Shown here piece after piece: positions 38,990-51,994 of a stretch of 64,000 nt of DNA. Both the position numbers and the translations under genes were made by a program. The stretch's first letter is position 1; each line of letters starts with the position of its first letter. Under the pieces are notes generated by a model that made no database searches, was not told where the DNA came from, and was given only the letters and a program-made list of their open reading frames with translations. Source of the stretch: Malacoraja senta (Eukaryota); assembly GCA_038087875.1 (NCBI GenBank), contig CM075982.1:18228001-18292000 (forward strand), read 5' to 3'.

Positions 38990-41752
38990 GGCAGGAGCCA
39001 GGGAGAATAAATTGGGAGCTGCTCATATTGGATAAGTTCATGTCTGAATGAGGGAGTTGTTTAAAGATGACAGATCAGAGTTCAGGATGGGCATGTTCCA
39101 GTCAGGATGAAGGACGATGATGGCAAGGTAACAGAACTTTGGATGACGAGATCGGCTGTAAATTTGGTCAACAAGAAAAATAAAGCATATTAAAGGTTTA
39201 GGAAGATAAGATCAGGCAGTGCCTTTGTGGAATATAAAGCAAGCAGGAAAGAACTCAAGCAAGCAATTCGAAGGGACAAAAGGGGCCATGAAATGTCATT
39301 GGCAAGTCGGATTATAGAAAAGCCCATAGCACTTTCTACATGCATTAAAATCAAGTGGGTAATTAGAAAGGGGGTAGGGCCACTCAAGGATAAAGGAGGG
39401 AATTTATGTTTAGAGTCAGAGAATGATAGACTGTAAACAAGTACGTTGCTTCTCTATTCACCAAGGAGAAGGATATAAAGGATCGTGAGGTTAGTGTGGT
39501 GTATATTAATATGTCAGGACGTACTGAGATCAAAAGGTGGTGATGTTCAGTCTCTTGAGCAGTAAGGTGAATAAATCTCCCGGGCCTGATGGTTATTCAG
39601 AGAGAAGAGAGGAGATGGTTATGGCCTTGAAGAAGATCTTTGCATCCTCTCCAGCCACAGGTGGGATGTTGGAGGACTAGAGAGGGGGCAATATTGCTTC
39701 TTTACAGGAAATAGGGACTAGTGAGCCTCGCAACAATGGTAGGGAAGCGATTGGAGAAGATTCTTAGCTTTAGGAATTACTTCAATTTGAAAGAGAATGG
39801 GCTAATCAGAGACATCAGCATGGCTTTTCTGTGGCAGTTCATGTCCTGTAAAATTGATTCCGTTTTTTCGAGGAGGTGACAAAGATGATTGAGTGGATAT
39901 TGTCTGTACATGGGCAGTGGATATTGTCTGTACATGGTCTTTAGAAAGGTATTTGACAAGGCCCCTCATTATAGATTGATCCAGAAAATTAAGATGCATG
40001 GAATCCATGGTAACTTGGTAGTTTGGATTCAGAGTTAATTTATCCACAGAAGACAGAGTGTAGTGGAAAGGTGATATACTGGCTGGAGGTCAGTGCCCTG
40101 TTGTGTTCAGCAGTGATCAGGGCTGGGAACTCTGGTGTTTGGGATATATAAATGATTTGGATGAAAATGCAAATGAGTTGGTTAGTAAGTTTGCACACAA
40201 CATAGTAAATGGTGATGTTGCAAACAGTGAGGAAGGCTGTCAAAGAATACAGAAATTGTATAAATCAATTACAGATATCGTTGAAGTAATGGTAGGTGGA
40301 CATGAAAATGGGCAAGTGTGAGGTGTGGTAATTTGAGAGATCCAATGTAAGGGGAAAATATACAGTCTATAGCTCCCAAAAAGCAACAACACAAGCAGAT
40401 TGAGTGTAAGGAAGGTATATAGTATACTTGCCTTCATCAGTCAGGGCATTGAACATAACATCAGGAGGACATGTTTCAACTTTATAAGACTTTGGTAAGG
40501 CCACATTTGGAATATTGTGTGTAGGTTTGGTTATCCCATTACAGGAATGATTTGGAGGCCTTGGAGAGGACGAAGAAGAGGTTTATCAAAGTGCTGCCCG
40601 AATTAGCGGGTAATAACTATAAGGAGAGGTTAGACAAACTTGGATTAGAACAGCACAGGAATGGGACCTTCTACCCATGACATCCGTGCCAAACATGTTG
40701 TCAAGTTAAACTAATCTTTTCTGCTCGCATGTGATCCAAATCCCACCATTCCCTGTGTTGCCATGTGCCTGTCAAAAAGCCGTTTAAATACCACTACCGC
40801 TCCTCCACCACCACCCTTGGCAGCATGTTCCTGATAACCATCATTCACTGTGTAAAAAAACTTGCCCCGCATATCTCCTTTAAACTTTGCCCCTCTCATC
40901 TTAAACCTGTGCCCCCTGTGTCTGCCATTTCCACCCTGGGGGAAAGGCTCCAACTGTCTACCCGAACCATGCCTCTCATAATTTGACATACTCTGCCAGG
41001 TTTTCCCTCAGCCTCCGATGATCGAGATAAAACAATCCAACCTCTCCCTATAACTAGTATCCTCTACTCCAGGCACCATCCAGGTAAACTTTCTTTTACC
41101 CTCCACTAAGTTTCCTCATCCTGCCTGCAATGAGACCAGAACTATACCACAATACTCAAAATGCACCCAACCGGTCCAATAAAGTAGCGAAATAACTTCC
41201 TAACTCTTATACTCAATGCCCTGAACAATGAAGGCAAGCAAAACATATGACTTTATTACCACTATCTGTGTTGACATTTTCAGTGAGATAAGAACTTGGA
41301 CCACCAGACATCAGTACATCAGTACTGTTAAGGGTCTTGCCATTAACAGTATACTTTCCCCTTGTTTTCTCTGGAGAATCAGAGGCTGAGAGGAGACTTG
41401 ATAAAAGTATTTAAAATTTCTGAGAGGCACAGATAAGATAGCTAATCCAGATCTAGATACAAGGGAGCATAGCTTTAAGGTGAAAAAGGAAAGTTTAAAG
41501 GAGATGTGCAGTGCAATATTTTTTTTTTACACAAAGGGTGATCGGAACCCAGAACCTGCTGCCAGGGTGGTGTTTGAAGCAGATACGATGGTAGCGTTTA
41601 AGAAGCTTTAGATAGCCCCATGAATATGTAGGAAATAGAAGGATATAGATCATGTGTCGGCAGAAGGGATTAGTTTAATTTGGCATCATGCTCGGCTCAG
41701 ACATCTGTGCCGAAGGACCCGTTCCTGTGCCGTACTCTCTCTGTTCTATATT
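38990..41752 (+). mobile_element. Old degraded CR1 LINE, interrupted at 40647-41361
   Basis: Decayed ORF2 (YKASRKELKQAIRRDKRGHEMSLA; tttgacaagg); ...agacaaacttggatt | gttttctctggag rejoins across the insertion. Confidence 0.85.
40647..41361 (-). mobile_element. Inverted CR1 3' fragment nested in the older CR1
   Basis: ORF 40711-40989 RGHRFKMRGAKFKGDMRGKFF on the minus strand. Confidence 0.8.
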
Positions 41753-44180
41753 AACCTCATGAATTCACATGAGAGAAATAAACTTTAGAAAACTCTATCT
41801 GGCAGCAGTGTTAACGCCTGAACATTTGTGACAATATTTCAAAACGTTTCCATATTTTTTTACCACTTAAAACATAAGAGAATGTGTTTATCCTGACACA
41901 TTTTCAACTGGCAAAAGAATTACCCTTGTACAGCATCTTCGTGTTTATTTAAAAATATCAGTGTAAATATTAATGTTTCAGACCAATTCACAGTAACATA
42001 ACGTCTTTGTCAGAAATAAGGAGAAATCTTTTTTCCACAGAACATTTAGGTTTCAGAACTCACTACCGCAAGTTATAGTGCGGTGAATGACATTGTGTTT
42101 GTGACTGGAGACTGGGTAAATATGTACGAGATAATAAAATAGAAAGTCATACTGATAATTATGGAATGAGCAGGGATGGGGTGAAAGGATAATACGAAGT
42201 GTAAACGCATTTAGACGTTAGCTGTGTAAATACAATAGAAGACACCATATGTGTTCAAGAAATAGCTTCTAAGATGGTGAGGAAGAATCATTTCAATCAT
42301 ATTCACTGAATTATTACCCAGAAGTGAAATCAGCTTAATGTGGAAGGTCATTTATCAAGACTGGCATTCTCTTCTCATAAATTAGCTGGAGCTCTGACTG
42401 CTGTGGGGAGATACTGACAAATGGTGCAATTTGGAAAAAAAAAGAGGGAAAGACTGTAGAATTCTATTGAGATATCCAGAGTAGACAAACTGTCATTTCT
42501 TAAACGTTAACAAACAAGCATTTGGCTATGAACGGCTGCATCTTTGCAGTCAAGCTCACACAAATCCCTGAGCCCAGAAATAAGCAAGTTGCATTTGCAT
42601 TTGATCATTCACCAATTCTTTATGGGTCATGGAGTGATATATGCAGCAAATCTGAATATTAGTTCTGGTGCTCAACCTTATTTGTGGCACTGACTCAAAG
42701 TAATTACATTTGAAGATACTGTCTTCTTTATGAGGCTGGCATAGAAACGCAGCCCATCAATAACATTAATTGCAGCTGAGCTATACTTCTCATTATCCTG
42801 GATAAAAACAGCAATATTTCAAAAGAAACACAATCAAAACATTGGTAAGCAGTGGTCACTACTTCAAATGTTCCCTTTCACTTTGCACCCTGCAACACAA
42901 AAATAACATGAAGCTTCCCTCAAATTGTGAACCTAGGACATTTCCTATCTATCGAAAAAAACTGTCAAAAAATATTCAGCAAATTCTCCAGATGCACCGC
43001 TTCTATGACAGATGTCCTACCTCCTGAAGTTTTATTTAGCCTGAAGAAAATCAAAATGGCAGCATGCCATCACAAACCACAGGAAATATGGCAGCAGTGA
43101 AATGTTTTAAGACTGCCCCACATATTTTCAACATCTATGACAAAATTGATTTTATGTTTGGTTTGTAAAAATAAGCAAAGGGCGCAACATCGCAAGGGGG
43201 CATAAACAAAATAGCTGTGGCGTTAATGGCCGTTTTGGTTAATTCTTGCAGTGCTAATTTTAATTAACAAGCAAACACATGAAAAATAACAGTTACTGTA
43301 TCTGCTGGAAGGAATGCAACTAAAATCACTTGTATTGAACCCAGTGAATTAATTAATTAATAACATTTTCGAAAATACTGCAACTATGGCTTTTACTTTG
43401 CCTTTAAAATTGAACTAGGTATATCCTTATTATTATTTTATGATTATTTAATTATCTCTCCTACTTAGTATTGTCCTACAGATTCAACAGTGGCTGTTCA
43501 ACCCAGCTTATGAATTTTAAAAAATCTCAGCAAATAAATTATATGAGCACAGACAATGCACTCTGGATCACCAATCCCAATGGAATACTTTCAGCAAGCA
43601 ATCAATAGAATAGAGACCTTTATATCTTTCAGCTTTGTTACTGAGGATAAATTACAGCATTATTCATAAAACAAGCAAGCATCAGAACTTAAAGATGTTT
43701 CATCAAGAGGGTTTCAATACAGCATACTCATTGTGGGATTTTTGTACACCAGCTTTCAGTGCACACCATGATTATTTTTTCCAAGCACTTTATCTTGCAC
43801 TAATCATTAATGAAATTCACGTGCGTCCAACATCAATTCTTTAATACCATGGAGATGAGTCACTCCCAGCTGCCACAGGCCCACAAGCTGTATTCCTGAA
43901 TGAATAATTACTAGGCCCGTGAATAAAAGAATATGGCAGAAGGATTTTTAAGGCAAATCAGTATTCAGGTTAAAGTTCTTTCCAACAGAAAGGATTTAGT
44001 TACTGAATGAGTTAAAATTTAAAATCCACCAATCAATCAGACAATGGAATAATCCAAATGAGATGGGCATGAAGTGCTCTGACTGATGGAGATTAATTAG
44101 GAAAGAAATGCTACAGCTGTAAACCAGCATCTGATATGTTTCCAAGTAAGCAAAAAGTGAAATGGTTTCACAAATGAAGT

Positions 44181-45323
44181 CTTCTTCTTTCGTTTGTGGC
44201 AGCAGAGGTTATGTAACGTCCTCCAGGCGCTGTAACCAGTTCAATGTGCTGTTGTCGAGGGCCATGAGGTCTACCCCTCCACCAGGGGGGCGGAGGACAG
44301 CACAGTCAACGCGCAAATGACGTGCTGCATTGTTTGCTGGTCTGCTCCACACACGCAGGCTGCTGATGAACGCAGCTCCCAGCGATGCATGTTGGCGTTG
44401 AACCGGCCAACCCCTGTACGGAGCCGGTTCAGGGCGATCCACTCTTTGCGGGGCAGGTCCGAGCCGGGTGGGGCTGTGGTGTTCGGTGCAACAGTGAATT
44501 GCGGAGGTCGCAAAGTCTGTTCCCAGCTGGTTCTCCATGCTCCTAGTGTGTTGAAACCGGAGCCACAGAGGGTGGCTGCGTGACGGGAGAAGGGGCGACG
44601 AGATGGCAGGCATTGAGGTCCCAGTTGCTGTGAGTCCTGGGCGAGGTGGTGCAAAGGATGTTTGGCATCCGAGGGGGCCTTGCACACCAGCCTATGATTG
44701 AAATACTCTCTGCGAAACTTGGCGGGTGCGATACCTGCGAACACCGGCAGAAGATCCGTCGGAGTAGAGCATAGGCAGCCAGTGATGATCCGCATGGTGT
44801 CATTGAGGAGGGCGTCTAGCTTGCTAGTATAAGCGCTGCGGCACCATGCTGGGGCGGCGTACTCGGCAGCGCTGTACACGAGTGCAAGAGCACTGGTTCG
44901 GAGAGTAGATGTCCTGGCGCCCCTTGATGATCCAGCCAAGCAACGCAGGAGGTTGTTCCGCGCCGCGACTTTAGCACGGAGAGCTTCAAGATGTTGCTTG
45001 TTGGTCAGCTGCCGATCTAGTTTCGCCCCGAGGTATGTAGGAAATGGACTATAGGGTAGGGGTGACCCATTGAGGGTGACACTTAGCTGGCGTTGAGCTT
45101 CCTTGTTGTTCAGGTGAAAGGCCGTTGTAGTGGTTTTTGCCACACTCAGTTTTAGTTTCCAGGTCTTAAGGTAGCCTGCGATAAGGTCCATATCCACCGA
45201 GCGCCCATCCTCCACGTTTGACTAACTCCTGGGCTCATGTTGTCGACCTTCCCGTGGTGAGCCCTGTCAACTGACCTCAGTCAGGCAAACGACAACAAAC
45301 AGAGACAAAGCAGCAGAAATAAT
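44181..45323 (-). mobile_element. Internally deleted Ingi/Vingi-like LINE with 11-bp TSD
   Basis: ORF 44271-45215 (PTYLGAKLDRQL...RNNLLRCLAGS...TLRTSALALVYSAAEYAAPAW...CVCGADQQTMQH); no RNase H; (AAG)n tail. TSD acaaatgaagt at 44170-44180 and 45324-45334. Confidence 0.85.
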
Positions 45324-45784
45324 ACAAATGAAGTAATTGTCACCAAGATATCAATACTTAATGAAAGACAATGTCCAGGTAAATAAACAAAGGAAATTAA
45401 TTTGATTTCACTAATTCCAGATTTATTCTTTTAAAAAATGTGAATGTTTCCTCTTATTACACTTCTGTGACAATCTCTCTTGGTCAGATCACCCCACCCC
45501 ACTCTCTCTCTCTCACTCTCTCTCTCTCCAGCCATCTACAATCAGACCTGTAGCCACTATCTTTCATGGATAGACTATCTGCACCCTGTCCCTGTAGCTG
45601 AGACACTTCCTGAATCAAAATCTACCCCTCTCCCCCACCCAACCCCCAACAACCCCTCCCCTCCACCTCTGGATGGGTACCTACTCCCTCACCAAGCAAA
45701 CCTCTCCCTGTAATTGAACTAATTTCCAAGACAGAATTCCCATGATCAGTCCCCTCCTTGGACGAGCTGACCTTCACCTTCATT

Positions 45785-46147
45785 AGATTATAAGATCATA
45801 AGTGATAGGAGTAGAATTAGGCCATTCGGTCCATCAAGTCTATTCCGCCAATCAATCGTGGCTGATTTATCTCTCCCTCCTCACCCCATTCTGCTCCCTT
45901 CCACCTATAACCTCTGACACCTGTACTAATCAAGAATCTATCTATCTCTGCCTTAAATATATCCACTGACCTGGCCTCCACAGCATTCTGTGGCAAATAA
46001 TTCCACCGATTCACCACCCTCTGACGAAAGAAATTCTTCCTCATCTCCTTCCTAAAAGAATGTCCTTTAATTCTGAGGCTATGACCTTTAGTCCTAGACT
46101 CTCCCACTGGTGGAAACATCCTCTCTACATCCACTCTACCCAAGCCT
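45785..46147 (-). mobile_element. CR1 3' fragment
   Basis: ORF 45817-46143 GESRTKGHSLRIKG...FFRQRVVNRWN. Confidence 0.9.
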
Positions 46148-46945
46148 TCCTACCTTCCTCTGGGAGTAGCCACCCACCCATGTATTGGGGGTCCCTACCT
46201 CTGCTACCAGTTTTGAGCTACAGCCTGCTTCTTCAATCAGACTGGCACCTAAAGTCTCATTACGGTTACATCTGTGACTGTCAGGGAGTTCTGTTGAACA
46301 TCCATTCAAGTTTGGCATAATTACCTTGACTCAGTTCAGTCAGTGCATGTTGACCTGATATCTCGGAAAAGTCCCTCAAATTTATATGTCAGGTACTCTT
46401 TCAGTCATCCGGTAATTTATGATAGATTAAGATCATAATTCAAGCCTCACCATCGACAAGGAAAGGGTCAACATTTTATATCAAGAAGCTTTCCTTTAGA
46501 TCTGAGAAATGTTAGAAAATAAGCCTGTTTGAACTGGCAGTGAAGGCAGTGGGGTGGAGGGAACAAAGGGAATTTTGTGACCACTGAGATTGAATGGCAT
46601 AATTAGACTTGAATAGGAGAGGGTGCTGAAGCCTTGTTAAAAGCCACAAACCAATTTTGAGGCGGTATCAACAGAGGAAACGGGGAAAAAAAGTCCTGCT
46701 GGAACTGGGACATATTAAAATTGCTAAAAAATTGGAAAATACACATGGCCCAGTCGTACAGGCAGCACGGGGGGGAAGAGCAAAACTGAGCTACATCAGA
46801 ACTGGCAAAGCAAAAAACTGCTGATACTTTTGGTCAAATTATCTGCTGCTGGCTCAGGCTGCTATGCATTCAAGAACTGTACAGACTTTAACACAATCCA
46901 GTGCAATTTTGCAGGAGTGTTGCATTGTCTGAGGTGCTGTATTTT

Positions 46946-48793
46946 CAGATTCAGATTCAGATTCAACTTTATTGTCATTGTGCAGTTTACAGTACAGAGA
47001 CAACGAAATGCAGTTAGCATCTCCCTAGAAGAGCGTCATAAATATGAGCAATAAATAAATCTAATAAATCCTGGTGGGAGGAGTGTCCGGGGGGGGGGGG
47101 GGGGTGATTGGCAGTCACCGAGGTACAGTGTTGAGTAGTGTAACAGCCGCAGGGAAGAAGCTGTTCCTGGACCTGCTGGTCCGACAACGGAGAGACCTGT
47201 AGCGCCTCCCGGATGGTAGGAGGGTAAACAGTCTGTGGTTGGGGTGAGAGCAGTCCTTGGCGATGCTGAGCGCCCTTCGCAGACAACGCTTGCTTTGGAC
47301 AGACTCAATGGAGGGGAGTGAGGAACCGGTGATGCATTGGGCAATTTTCACCACCCTCTGCAGTGCTTTCCGGTCGGAGACAGAGCAGTTGCCATACCAT
47401 ACTGTGATACAGTTGGTAAGGATGCTCTCGATGGTGCAGCGGTAGAAGTTCACCAGAATCTGAGGAGACAGATGGACCTTCTTTAGTCTCCTCAGGAAGA
47501 AGAGACGCTGGTGAGCCTTCTTGACCAGAGTTGAGGTATTGTGGGTCCAAGAGAGGTCATCGGAGATGTTGACCCCCAGGAACCTGAAGCTGGAAACACG
47601 TTCCACCTCCGTCCCGTTAATGTGGATGGGGGTGTGCGTGCCGCCCCTAGACTTCCTGAAGTCTACAATGAGCTCCTTGGTCTTCTTGGAGTTAAGGGCC
47701 AGGTTGTTGTCAGCGCACCATGCTGCCAGGAGCTGGACCTCCTCCCTATAGGCCGACTCATCGTTGTTGCTGATGAGGCCAATCACCGTTGTATCATCTG
47801 CATACTTGATGATGGTGTTAGTACCATGTACAGGTGTGCAGTCGTAGGTGAAGAGGGAGTAGAGGAGGGGGCTCAGCACACAGCCCTGTGGAACTGTGTT
47901 CAGGGTGAGGGTTGAAGAGGTGTGCTTGTCTAACCTAGCAGACTGGGGTCTGTTGGTTAGAAAGTCCAGTATCCAGATGCAGAGGGAGGGGTCAATGCCC
48001 AGGTCACCGAGTTTGGTAATCAGTTTAGAGGGTATGATGGTGTTGAATGCTGAGCTGTAATCGATGAACAGCATTCTTACGTAAGTGTCTCTGTTGTCGA
48101 GGTGGGAGAGGGTGGAGTGAAGTGCCGTTGAGATGGCATCCTCCGTACTCCTGTTCTTGCGGTAGGCAAACTGGAAGGGATCCAATGTGGGGTGTAGGCA
48201 GCCTTTGAGGTGTGCCAGGACCAGCCTCTCGAAGCGCTTGGCGATGATGGGAGTAAGTGCAACTGGGCGGAAGTTGTTGAGGCTTGCCGCAGTGGAGTGT
48301 TTTGGCACCGGCACGATGGAGGTGGATTTAAAGCACGTGGGCACAACTGCTTGGGCAAGTGACAGGTTGAAGATGTCAGTCCAGACTTCTGTCAGCTGCG
48401 CAGCACAGGCCCCGAGGACGCGCCCGGGGATGCCGTCAGGGCCAGCAGCCTTACGTGCATTAGTCCTACTCAGTGCCATGTACACGTCGTAGGGGGTGAG
48501 TGTGAGGGGCTGGTGATCGGCAGGGAGCACCGCCTTGATGGCCATCTCTAGATTGTCCCTATCGAAGCCGCCATAGAAGTGGTTAAGCTCCTCAAGGAAG
48601 GAGGCATTGCTGGATGTGGGGGTGGTGTTGGTGGGTCTAAAGTCCGTGATGGCCTGGATGCCTTGCCACATGCGTCGGGTGTCGGAGTTGTTGTTGAAGT
48701 GCTCCTCAATCCTGAGCTTATGGCAGTGCTTGGCCTTCTTTATGCCCCTCTTCAGGTTAGCCCTGGATGAACTGTAGGCTCGGGCATCGCCTG
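46946..48793 (-). mobile_element. Rex1/Babar-like LINE, 5'-truncated, with open RT ORF 47115-48671
   Basis: KAAGPDG, FRPVALT, QFAY, DYSSAFNTI, PQGCVLSPLLY, KYADD; (AATCTG)n tail near 46946-46965. Confidence 0.93.
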
Positions 48794-49554
48794 ATTTTAC
48801 ACCTGATGCTAAACCAAAGTTCTATGTCTACATACTCTGTTGAATACATTTTGAACCAATGGTACTATTTGAAAAGAATTCCAACAGGTTCCCCAATGCC
48901 AGAGCAAATATCCCTTCCTCAACTGTCTATACCAAAACTGATTATCTTGTGTTTCATTAATTTTCAGTTTTCAAAACTGTATTTTGCATAAAATAACTGC
49001 TACATTTTGGCAGCCTGACAACAACAAATGCACGAATCAAAACATATTTTCATAATAAATTTCCATCGGGCACCGTGAGAATGTAATAAGGCCGTCCTTA
49101 TGATTTGAACAACACCACTGCACGTTAGCTATTTCTAATTGAAAGCATATTTTCTTCACCTAAATCTTAGCTTTTGCAGTAAGGGGTAATTAATGAATTC
49201 ACTGGGTTCAATTTTTGGAGCATTACAAAGATTATTGATCGTATTCCAATGCTGATCTGCCAGCAGGTAAACCACAAGGGTTCATTGGTTGTGTACCAGA
49301 TATGTTATAATGATAGTAACTATCAAATGTATACAAGTTTCCTATTACTAAGATAACAATGTCCCCATTACAGAGCAGGAGATATTTTCATTCATTTGGC
49401 TGAGGAACAAATGAACTGCAATGCGGAATGTTTAAGTTACTCCATGAATAATTAAAGGGAATACGTGTCATGATTTCAGAGATGATGATGATTGTTATTG
49501 CTCCAAGCGACTTGTGCCATTAATTAACTATGCCTAGCTAGGGAGAAACAGACG

Positions 49555-50185
49555 CGGTACACTCGTTTGGAAGAAGCGCAAGTGAGTTTCTGCTTCCCCT
49601 GGAAGAACTGTTTGGGAGCCTAGATGGTAAAGGAAGGTGAGATGACAAGGCAGGCTTTGCATCACGTGCAGTTGTACGAGGAAATTTCCTGAAAGTGATG
49701 GTGGAGCTAGAAGAGTACACCAAAAGGGAAGAGGCACTTTGAAATGCTGAAAGAGGATGACGGTGCAATGTTTCCGCTGATGGAAATCGCAGACATTACA
49801 GATGATGATCTGTTGGATGGGGAAGCTGGTGTGGTGGTAGACAAGGGGAGGCCTATCCTTATTTTAATTGCGAGAAGAATGGAAGAGAGCAGAAGTGTGG
49901 CATTTCGGCATTCGGAAGAGACTGATTCACTCCTCCATCTCCAACACCAACTCCACTTCCCTCGGCATCTTCTCCCATGGGACATGCAAACCCTGTCTAT
50001 TTATCTCTTCCCTCCCTCCCATCCAGTTGGACCAGCAATTGACTTGCAAAGCTTACATGTGTTTTTCATGACATGGCTTGTTCTACAATCAAAAGCATGA
50101 CTGCTTTGAAGAGTTGCAAGGGTGATCTTGAGCTGTGAGGTGCTTGTCACTTTAATTCTCCTTCCCACTCCCACTACAGACTCTT
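49555..50185. mobile_element. Two diverging, degraded Penelope GIY-YIG remnants (minus ~49555-49830; plus ~49900-50185)
   Basis: Minus: ...PKQFFQGKQKLTCASSK-like segment. Plus: RLIHSSIS...GIFS...TCKPCLFISSL and HFNSPSHSH-like segments. Confidence 0.55.
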
Positions 50186-51377
50186 AGATTAGTTTAGAGA
50201 TACAGCATGGAAACAGGCCCTTCGGCCCACTGAGTCCGCACTGACCAGCGATCCTTGCACATTAAATCAAGTCTACGCACACTAGAGACAATTTGAAATT
50301 GAAATTGAAATTGAAATTATTTTATTTGTCACATGTCCCAGTTGGCACAGTGAAATGTGTGATTGCCATACAGCCATACAATCAAAAATAAGAACACAAC
50401 ACATGATAGAGTTCAACATAAAACATCCCCACACAGCAGAATCAAATTTTCCCACTGTGAGGGAAGGCACCAAAGTCAGTCGTCCTCCTCTAATGTTCCC
50501 CGCTGTTCACCCGTGGTCGGGGCCTCCCCGAGCCCACCGCAGTCGCCGCTACGGGCGGTCCGATGTTCAGGCCCGCTCGCCGGGGTGATGTAAGTCCGAT
50601 GTCGGGGCTGGGGGACCTTCTCAGCGGCTAGGACATCAGAGTCGGCCACCTCCTACCGGAGTCCACGGCTCCCAAAGTCCACAGGCCGCGCCGGGCAAAG
50701 ATGCAGAGATGCAGCGCTGGCGGCCCTCGGCAAATGGCCCCAGGACTCCGTGATGTTATTCAGCGCCGGCCGTGCTGGAAGCTCTCCCAAACCGCAGCTC
50801 CACGATGTTGGAGCTCTCCCAAATGCTGGAAGCTCTCCCAAACCGCAGCTCCACGAGCTCCAAACGGCGATCCAGGTCGGCATCGCCCGCTCCGCGGTGA
50901 ATTCAGCGCCGCGCCGCCGCTGTTGCAGCTCTGGTCCAGTTCCCGGTCCCCGGCAGGAAAGGCCGCTCCGATCCAGGTGGTAGGCCGCGAGGAGGGGGGC
51001 GAGGACGCGACTTGGAGAAATAGTCGCGTCCCCCTTACCCTACCCCCCTCCCCCACATAGAAAAGTTAAAGTTTCCCCCTAAACAAACATTAAACTAACT
51101 AAAAATTTAAAAAAGATGGAAAAAAACAAACAGGCTGCAGGCAGAGGCTGCCCTCAGTGTAGCGCCCCCAAGTATACAAACCCAAGCCAATTAACCTAGA
51201 AACCTGTACATCTTTGGAGTGTGGGAGGAAACCGAAGATCTCGAAGAAGACCCACGCGGTCACGGGCAGAACGTACAAACTCCGTACAGGCAGCACCCAT
51301 AGTCGGGATCGAACCCGGGTCACCGGCGCTGCAAGTGCTGTAAGGCAGCAACTCTACCGCTACACCGCCGTGCCACC
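50185..51377 (-). mobile_element. HE1/V-SINE (head 51377-51173, tail 50294-50185) split by an insertion
   Basis: tRNA-like head ggtggcacggcggtgtagcggtagag...ggttcgatccc, V-core ggtttcctcccacactccaaag and CR1-type tail. Confidence 0.9.
50295..51172 (-). mobile_element. GC-rich non-autonomous retroposon with LINE-type tail, nested in the SINE
   Basis: Minus-strand 3' end catgtgacaaataaaataa(tttcaa)n; internal ~52-bp tandem repeat gctggaagctctcccaaaccgcagctccacga near 50773-50856; no RT. Confidence 0.7.
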
Positions 51378-51994
51378 CTCTTTGTTCCAAAGTTGCACTA
51401 TGTAAGTTTAAGGAACTGCCCCCCATCTTCTATCTAGAGGCATTCCAGACCTCAGGAATCACGATTGAAAATATTAAATGAAAATGGAAGATGCTGGTAA
51501 AACTCAGCAGGTCAGGCAGCATCCAAGGAAGAAAAAACTGCCAATGTCTCAAGTCTGAGATCACTGATCAGACCTGAGAAAGAGTGAAACAAATTAATGT
51601 GGGTGGCAGAGGAGGTGAGGGCGGGTGATGGTTGGAACAATAGGCATTACACCTCTTACAGGGTGAAAAATATGGCCTTCATAGACCAGTTAAGCTCCTT
51701 AACTGAATTTAAGAATTTTAGGGAACCAGTCCTTTTTGGGCTGAACACTTTGTTAATACTGGCCAAATTAAAGACACCACAAAATGGAGGATACCTGCAC
51801 TACACAGAAGCTTAACCCTTGTCAGCTGAAATTCACAGGCTTTGGATGGCGCCAGCCAGTCTAGGCCCAGACTGGTATGCAGGATGGTGAGGGATCCAGG
51901 TTTTCTCCTTGTTTCTCCTAAATTGATAAAATGTATAGCAGTTTTGCAAACAAACCCTAAATGCATTATTTCGATTGGATCGCTGCAAGGACAT

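Noticed and set aside
51290-51377. tRNA gene
   Set aside because: The A/B-box-like sequence runs directly into the V-SINE core, so it is a SINE head.
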